A stretch of DNA of 64,000 nucleotides, from positions 5,312,001-5,376,000 of the forward strand of contig CAVYRF010000002.1 in NCBI GenBank assembly GCA_963770895.1, written 5' to 3'. Position numbers and translations under genes: made by a program. The stretch comes from an uncultured Acidobacteriota bacterium. Its GTDB lineage: Bacteria > Acidobacteriota > Thermoanaerobaculia > Multivoradales > UBA5704. This document shows, in pieces, positions 58,036 through 64,000 of this stretch. The notes under the pieces are model-generated. The model saw only the letters and a program-made list of their open reading frames with translations, had not been told where the DNA came from and did no database searches. The number at the start of each line of letters is the position of its first letter. Position 1 is the stretch's first letter.

Positions 58036-59043
58036 ATGAACGAGCCTGTAAGTGTTCCCAAGCCAGCCATTCCCCGATCGTCTCGACAGCGTGCCGCCTT
58101 GGTCGGGCTGATTCTTGGCGCTCTTCTGGCGGCGGGGGCTATCGGCCTTGACGCGCAGCAGAAGGGGTCCACTGCCTCTTCGCTTCAGCCTTCGTGCCTC
58201 ACACCGCTCGTGGCATCGGAGTCCTCGACTTCTGCAGCGGAGGCACAAGCTCTGCTTCCAACAATTCCTGCTGTTCCTCCGTCTCCCTTGCCGGCGGCGA
58301 TGCTCGCACCGGGGGTGCTTTCTGGCTCCCAAACTCCCCTGACAGCCACCCAAAACACCCCTACCGTGGGTGCAGACGATCTCAAGAATCTTTATGGTTA
58401 TTCCGGTCCTTACTACAACACCACCGATCTTGACGGTCGAGTAGTTGTATTGAATCAGTCCGTCTACACTTGGCCTACCGCCACTTGGAAGACTACCGGA
58501 TTGGTTCGCAATCAGACGCGTTGCCCACTGCACATTACAAGCGTAACTGCATTGCTCAAGGGCGCTGACGGTAGGACCCTCGCGACTGCCACCGCCAGCT
58601 TGCCCATCTCAGATCTTCGGCCAGGAGAACCAGGACCGTTTATTGTGGTGGCGCCTGTATCTCCGAGCGACGTGAGCTCCATTTCGTGGCAGGTCAGCTA
58701 TGCCCCTGCCATTGGCGTAACGAGGCTCTTTCGCACCGCTGTGTATTCCGAGTACGCAGACGAAACGGGATATCACATCACTGGGGCTCTTTTCAACGAC
58801 GCCACCACATCAGCTCAGGTTGAACTGGTGGGCGCTTGGCTCAATTCTCAAGGTCAGGTCTTTTATGTGGCAAACCTGCCCTTCATCACAGGCGACCCCA
58901 ATGCAGAGACGGAGCAGCTTGAATACACTACCTCTTTGCAGCCAAACCAGTTGGCAGCCTTCGCCTATACGAATCCTCAAGGCACGCTCGCGCAGGGTCT
59001 CTTGAAGGCACCGCAAGGTGCGCTCTGGGAGGTGTCGAAGTGA
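58036..59043 (+). CDS. Secreted protein with two FxLYD-like Ig domains
   Basis: Signal/TM; TGLVRNQT...LKGADG...LRPGEPGPF; TGALFNDA...WLNSQG...LQPNQLAAF. Confidence 0.7.
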   Translation: MNEPVSVPKPAIPRSSRQRAALVGLILGALLAAGAIGLDAQQKGSTASSLQPSCLTPLVASESSTSAAEAQALLPTIPAVPPSPLPAAMLAPGVLSGSQTPLTATQNTPTVGADDLKNLYGYSGPYYNTTDLDGRVVVLNQSVYTWPTATWKTTGLVRNQTRCPLHITSVTALLKGADGRTLATATASLPISDLRPGEPGPFIVVAPVSPSDVSSISWQVSYAPAIGVTRLFRTAVYSEYADETGYHITGALFNDATTSAQVELVGAWLNSQGQVFYVANLPFITGDPNAETEQLEYTTSLQPNQLAAFAYTNPQGTLAQGLLKAPQGALWEVSK

Positions 59044-62000
59044 GAATCTACCGCGCTGTCTTATTACTCGGTGCCCTTACTGGATTGTGCGCGACAAATG
59101 CGGATGCCTATGAATTTGGCTCCATACCGCTAGTCGACGTGGAAAATGCGGCGAATGCGATTAGCACAATGCCAAAGTATTCGTGCCCAGGCTTAAGCAG
59201 CGCCCATAACGGAAAACTCATTGCGCTTATGCTTACGCCAACCTGGGGAGAGACTACGCTAGGAGGCGTCAATTCACCTTCACCAATGACGCTAAGCCGC
59301 GCCGACAACGGCCCAGCCCTGTATCCGCCGGGAGACGAGAACGTGGAGCCGTACCGCCGAGCGTTTTGGCATACGGGTATCGGAGCATGGCAACTGGATG
59401 ACATCAATCTAGGCTCAGATCTGGGGTTTGAGAGGTTTGCAAGTGCAGCAGCGGCTATGGAGGTTGCTACAACTATGGCTGCGGCGTACTGCGGAACAAA
59501 AGGCAATGACAACCCGTACTACAACGCATTTCTAAATTGGATAGACTCATGTGAAGACAAGACGGCGAAAACCCCCAACACGCTGATTTGCCAGCGACTC
59601 TTCAATGCAATCTACAATTCCAATGGCCTGCCTTTTGTCACTCCCGATCCATCCGTAGATGAATACGGCGGCAGCGATATGCGTAGCTGTAGTCTTTCGG
59701 GAGGCGGCGGCACCTTCGCGTGTCTATACGTGAACCCCGCGACGGCTCAAGGCGCCACTTGGTGGGTACGGGAGAGCCCCGATGGCACCCCACCACTGGC
59801 AAAACCCTTTTACGTCTACAGGCAAAGCCACGGACCTTACGAGTGGCGATACTGGATGGCTGGAACCGACACCGGTTTCACGAGCGACATAGCCGTTGCA
59901 CGCCCATATGGTACTTGGTCAAAATGTGGACTGTGTTGGATGACGAACGGACAGCTTACTCCGGTGGTCGGTCCACCCTCCAAGTATTGTCCAATAAACT
60001 TCTCCCCGTGTGCTGGACTAAGCCCGCAGGCACTCTGTGACTTGAAGGCAGGCGCCGGTGCTTGCACCACGCCTCCTCCTCCTTCAACCCTTTCCGTCGC
60101 CCTCACGGCGGCTCCAAATAGCGGGCCTGCGCCCCTGAACGGCGTTATCTTGCAAGCTAACGTGACGGGGACCCCGAACGAGACCATCAACTACACCTTT
60201 TATTGCAACCGACCGGACCAAGGCACGAACATTACTCAGCCCTGGGACTATAAGCAGGACGCGATATCGCGGACTCAAATGAGGGCCCCCGGCGGAACCT
60301 GCGACTACCTGTATAAAACTCCCGGCACCTATACCGCGAAGGTCATCGCCGAGCAGGGAAACGGCGCGGCGCAGAGCCAGGTGACGATCACGGTGAGCGG
60401 CGGCACCACGTCCGGGTGCTTCCCTCTAGTGCTTGCCGCGAACAACCCGGCCGGTGGCGCGCCGCCCGTGGCCTCGCCGCCGGGAAGCGACCCCTGCGCG
60501 GTGGGCGAGTACCAGCCCGGGACACAAATTCAGCTCACCGCGACACCGGCAAGCAGCTGGACGGTAGGCAGCTGGGTCGGAACCGCAAACGACCCGAGCA
60601 CGGCGGACACGAACAGCCTCGTCATGCCTGCGTCGGCCCACTCGGTCAGCGTGAACTATGTCGAATCGGCACCGAGCCCCCTTACGATCACCACGACCTC
60701 CTTGCCGGATGGTTTCGTCGGCCAGCTGTACATGACCACGCTCGCGGCCTCGGGCGGCACCGGCACCGGCTACCACTGGAGCATACAGAGCGGCAGCCTT
60801 CCCGCCGGACTCGGCGGTAACGGCCAGACCGGCGTCATAAGCGGCACGCCGACACAGGGCGGCATCGGAAGCAATTTCACGGTGGGCGTAACGGATTCCG
60901 GCGGCGACTCGGCGAGCCGGCGGTTCTCGCTCTACGTGGAGGCCGCGCCGGGCCTCGCGATCTATTCGAGCGCTGCGGGTAGCTTCGCCTTCTTCGTGGG
61001 CAACCCATACACGCGAGCGAACTCGATCACCTATACCGCCGAGGGCGGCCAGGCGCCGTACACCTGGAGCGCGACCGGCTTGCCGCCGGGCCTCCAGATC
61101 GATTCCGCGGGCGGCTTCCTCTATGGGACGCCCACGGCAGCAGGGAGCTACGCGGTGACCATCAAGGCTGAGGACTCGACGGGCAAGTCGGGCTCGCTGC
61201 CGGTCGTGCTCTCGGTCACGAAAACCGCCATCACCATCTCCGGCTCTGGGGGCCAGACACCGGCGAGCCCGCCGGCGGGGCAGGTGGGGAAGAGCTACCT
61301 GACCTTCTTCCAGGCGGGCGGCGGGAGCAACACAGGGTTCCAGTGGTCCGTACAAGGGAGCCTGCCGCCCGGCCTCGTGTCAGAAAACGGCCCAGGCTGC
61401 CCGGCGAATTGCGCCCTGGAGGTTACCGGCACCCCGACCATGGCAGGCACTTACACCTTCACGGTCGCGGTGGCCGATTCGCTCGGCGACCGCGCGAGCC
61501 AGCCCGCGACCATCGTCGTGAACTCCGGCACGCCGCCCTCGATCACCACGACCACGTTCCCGCGGTCGACGATTGGATCGCCCTATACTGCCTCGCTCAC
61601 GGCAACCGGCGGCACCCCCGGATATCAGTGGGCCTTCGTGGGCCAGTCTCCCGATCCGGGCATCGTTCTCTCTCCGTCCGGCGTCCTGTCCGGCACTCCC
61701 ACCCTCACGAACGATTGCCCGACCGGAGCGACCGACGGCCCCGGCATCTGGGTCGGCTCCGGTTATCCGACGAGGTATTTCTCCGTCCAGGTCACGGACG
61801 CGGCGGGCCAGTCCTCGACGACGACGCTCTGCCTCGTCTCCTACTACCCCCTGCCGCACCTCACCGGTGCCAATCCTCCCTTCGTAATCGTGGACGGCCA
61901 GGATCACACGATCACCGTTGACGGTACGAACCTCCGCAACACCTCGATGCTGGAGCTTGGCACGGGCCTCGCGCCGACCACCTACGTGAGCCCCTCAGCG

Positions 62001-62456
62001 GTCACCTTCAGCCTCTTCCCGGCGCCCGGAGGAATATTCACGACCGGCCCCGGAGGCGGTGGCATCGGCGACACGACTTATGCCGTGCAGGTGGTCCAGC
62101 CCTATGCCGGGTTCAGCACCTCAAGCATTAACTTCGCGGTGTACGATCCGCCGCCAAGCTTGAGCGGCGTGAATGCCGTCCTAAACAACACCAGCCAGCC
62201 GTGCCGAGCCAACATGACCTGCGAGCTCGCGGTCTCCGGGACGGGCTTCGTCTTCACCACGAACTACCTTGTGGTCGAGTTGAGTCAGTCGCTCACGAGA
62301 GACTCCAACCCCTCGACGGCCCTTCCCTGGTCGAATCTCACAGTGGGTACGTTCTCCGCTCCCTCCGCCGGCACGTACACCCTGCGGGTGACGAACACGA
62401 ATCAGCAGAACGGCCAGCCTGCGAGCGCCACCTCCACGTTTACGGTGCAGCCTTAA
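59040..62456 (+). CDS. Large secreted protein: uncharacterised Cys-rich N-domain, PKD-like domain, He_PIG-type Ig repeats
   Basis: Signal peptide; repeats ITTTSLP.G.VG..Y...GG...Y.W....LP.GL....GTPT..G; GTGA overlap with the upstream gene. Confidence 0.85.
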   Translation: MRIYRAVLLLGALTGLCATNADAYEFGSIPLVDVENAANAISTMPKYSCPGLSSAHNGKLIALMLTPTWGETTLGGVNSPSPMTLSRADNGPALYPPGDENVEPYRRAFWHTGIGAWQLDDINLGSDLGFERFASAAAAMEVATTMAAAYCGTKGNDNPYYNAFLNWIDSCEDKTAKTPNTLICQRLFNAIYNSNGLPFVTPDPSVDEYGGSDMRSCSLSGGGGTFACLYVNPATAQGATWWVRESPDGTPPLAKPFYVYRQSHGPYEWRYWMAGTDTGFTSDIAVARPYGTWSKCGLCWMTNGQLTPVVGPPSKYCPINFSPCAGLSPQALCDLKAGAGACTTPPPPSTLSVALTAAPNSGPAPLNGVILQANVTGTPNETINYTFYCNRPDQGTNITQPWDYKQDAISRTQMRAPGGTCDYLYKTPGTYTAKVIAEQGNGAAQSQVTITVSGGTTSGCFPLVLAANNPAGGAPPVASPPGSDPCAVGEYQPGTQIQLTATPASSWTVGSWVGTANDPSTADTNSLVMPASAHSVSVNYVESAPSPLTITTTSLPDGFVGQLYMTTLAASGGTGTGYHWSIQSGSLPAGLGGNGQTGVISGTPTQGGIGSNFTVGVTDSGGDSASRRFSLYVEAAPGLAIYSSAAGSFAFFVGNPYTRANSITYTAEGGQAPYTWSATGLPPGLQIDSAGGFLYGTPTAAGSYAVTIKAEDSTGKSGSLPVVLSVTKTAITISGSGGQTPASPPAGQVGKSYLTFFQAGGGSNTGFQWSVQGSLPPGLVSENGPGCPANCALEVTGTPTMAGTYTFTVAVADSLGDRASQPATIVVNSGTPPSITTTTFPRSTIGSPYTASLTATGGTPGYQWAFVGQSPDPGIVLSPSGVLSGTPTLTNDCPTGATDGPGIWVGSGYPTRYFSVQVTDAAGQSSTTTLCLVSYYPLPHLTGANPPFVIVDGQDHTITVDGTNLRNTSMLELGTGLAPTTYVSPSAVTFSLFPAPGGIFTTGPGGGGIGDTTYAVQVVQPYAGFSTSSINFAVYDPPPSLSGVNAVLNNTSQPCRANMTCELAVSGTGFVFTTNYLVVELSQSLTRDSNPSTALPWSNLTVGTFSAPSAGTYTLRVTNTNQQNGQPASATSTFTVQP

Positions 62457-62492
62457 AGGAGAGGTAGGAAATGATTGCCAGGGAGAGCTGCC

Positions 62493-63176
62493 ATGTTCAA
62501 GGCAAAACCCGAGGTCGAAGGCCACTGGCACTCCCTGATCGAGGGCTTTGCCACTTCATCACTGGACTTCTATGAGCTGGCGAAAGCTGGCATCGCTAGG
62601 CGCGAGATCCCGGACCTCAAGATCTCACAGGTGGAGTGGAAGGAAAGCGGTGTGGGCTCCGGCAAGCGCGTCTATCTGCGCGTCAGCCGCGAGGGTCTGA
62701 ACTTCGACATCTGCGCCGCCCCCTTCGGCACCGGGTACTTCTTCTCCTGGTGGCTCGCAAAGATCAAGCGCGTCTTCCTGGATTTCCTCTTTATCATCGT
62801 CATGCTGGCTGGGGCCTTCTTCATGTTTCGGGCGTTCACGAGCGACAATCCTGGGAGCGAGGGAGGCCATGGTTGCATAGCGGTCGTGGGTGGCCCCCTG
62901 CTCCTCCTCGGCCTCCTCATGGGCCTCGGATTCCTTGTCCGCTATGGCGAGACCGGAAGTGAGCCCACCGTGCTCTCGATGCCGATCACGGGCTTCTTCT
63001 ACGGCTTCATCTTCCGCCCGCAGACATATTTCAACGACGACACCGCCCTCATGTTCCGGGAGTCCATCCATCACGCGGTCACGGAGGCCATCGACCAAGT
63101 GACTTCCGCCCAAGGCGTGCGCGGGCTCTCGGAAGAGGCGCGTAAGATAACCTTCCAGCCGGGCGGCAAGAGGTGA
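62493..63176 (+). CDS. Hypothetical membrane protein
   Basis: EWKESG..SGKR.YLR, FDICAAPFGTGYFFSWW, 2 TMs, TYFNDDTALMF. Confidence 0.75.
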   Translation: MFKAKPEVEGHWHSLIEGFATSSLDFYELAKAGIARREIPDLKISQVEWKESGVGSGKRVYLRVSREGLNFDICAAPFGTGYFFSWWLAKIKRVFLDFLFIIVMLAGAFFMFRAFTSDNPGSEGGHGCIAVVGGPLLLLGLLMGLGFLVRYGETGSEPTVLSMPITGFFYGFIFRPQTYFNDDTALMFRESIHHAVTEAIDQVTSAQGVRGLSEEARKITFQPGGKR

Positions 63177-63196
63177 TCGCCGCCGCGAAATAGCGG

Positions 63197-64000
63197 ATGA
63201 CCCGCCCCACCCTGCCAGAGCACCTGACCGAGCAGTTCTACGCCTGGGAACTGCGCGGTCGGGGCTGGCAGGAGTTTTCCTCTGCGGTCGCACTCGAACC
63301 GCCCTACGTTCCTTTCCCCGGATACTTCCTCCCGCCGATCAAGGACGACGGCCACCGGCCGGGTCTCCTTGGCCGCCTCCTCGCGCCGGCCCTGCCGGCA
63401 GAAGAACCGCTGGAGCTTGAGGAGCCCGAACCGGAAGCGTTCGAGAGCGAGGAGTCGCTTGTCGAGTGCGTGGTCTCGCTGCCGCGGGACGAAGCGGTCA
63501 AAGCGGAGAGCGCCGAGCGCTTCCTCCTATCGCTCTCCGGCGCCGAGCTGCCGCTTGCCTTCGAGGTGGTGGGCCTGCACGATCAGCTCCGCGTGCAGCT
63601 CGTCTCCCGAGCGCCGGATGCGGGACTCCTCGCAAACCAACTCCGGGCCTTCTTCCCCGAGGTCTCGATCGCGGCTGAGCCGGAGGGGCTGCGACAGGTA
63701 TGGAAGAAGAACGAGAGCGAGACCATCCTTGTCCACTTCGGCCTGGCGCGCGAGTTCATGCTGCCCCTCTCTTCTTTCCGGTCCCTCGACCCCGATCCGC
63801 TCCTGCCGCTTTTCGGGGCGCTCGCCGAGCTTGAAGCCGGCGAAGCCGGCCTCGTGCAAGTCCTCTTTGAGCGAGTCCGCGAGCGGTGGGCCGAAAGCGT
63901 CATGCGCGCCGTCGTGACCGGGGGCGGCGAACCCTTCTTCGCCGACTATCCAGAACTCACGAAGGCTGCGCGGGAGAAAGTCTCCCGGCCCCTGTACGCC
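63197..64000 (+). CDS. N-terminus of a putative type IV coupling protein (TraD/TrwB-like), partial
   Basis: Translated by hand: MTRPTLPEHLTEQFYAWELRGRGW...LEPPYVPF...FGLAREFMLPL...DPL...VQVLF; open to the window end. The ATPase domain is not visible, so the call rests on recalled family N-terminus and context. Confidence 0.6.
   Translation, partial: MTRPTLPEHLTEQFYAWELRGRGWQEFSSAVALEPPYVPFPGYFLPPIKDDGHRPGLLGRLLAPALPAEEPLELEEPEPEAFESEESLVECVVSLPRDEAVKAESAERFLLSLSGAELPLAFEVVGLHDQLRVQLVSRAPDAGLLANQLRAFFPEVSIAAEPEGLRQVWKKNESETILVHFGLAREFMLPLSSFRSLDPDPLLPLFGALAELEAGEAGLVQVLFERVRERWAESVMRAVVTGGGEPFFADYPELTKAAREKVSRPLYA

Larger units (their letters stand above)
32830..64000. mobile_element. Accessory/genomic island region (fragments, TA modules, defence-like genes, integrative element)
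   Basis: Visible drop in GC and codon bias after 32821; dense pseudogenes, TA pairs, recombinase and conjugation-type genes; boundaries approximate. Confidence 0.65.

Overview
This is a very GC-rich bacterial window; the gene content suggests Acidobacteriota, Thermoanaerobaculia-like, but that is inference. Positions 1-32.8 kb are mostly host backbone: a serine hydrolase between two paralogous lipoproteins, a GNAT, a trxB-AAA(ChlI-like)-vWA-sulfatase operon, sdaA, a decaying ABC-ATPase/DUF4276 pair, a flap endonuclease, an SDR, an M20 peptidase, a TetR-EmrB-TolC-EmrA efflux operon with a clear promoter/operator, an ABC exporter and a BNR-repeat protein. Two small peptide genes missed by the ORF track lie in AT-rich gaps: a Cys/Ser/Thr-rich lanthipeptide-like precursor (2859-3017) and a double-Gly-leader peptide with tandem EPEPNPW cores (16957-17121). 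From about 32.8 kb the DNA is visibly less GC-rich and accessory. It holds gene fragments and toxin-antitoxin (TA) remnants, and an intact membrane protein + CHAT (caspase-like) protease pair. It also holds an att-like palindrome between two head-to-head start-less XRE-HTH frames, a relaxase remnant with a 133-bp internal inversion, a frameshifted LexA heading an MBL-membrane protein-MBL operon, and hicBA. The rest is an integrative element: a large serine recombinase, a RuvC-like nuclease, a CHC2 primase-like protein and the start of a coupling-protein-like gene. Its cargo is an ECF sigma/Ser-Thr kinase pair set divergently from two secreted proteins. No tRNA, rRNA or CRISPR array was seen. 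All family calls come from motif recognition by eye; no searches were run.
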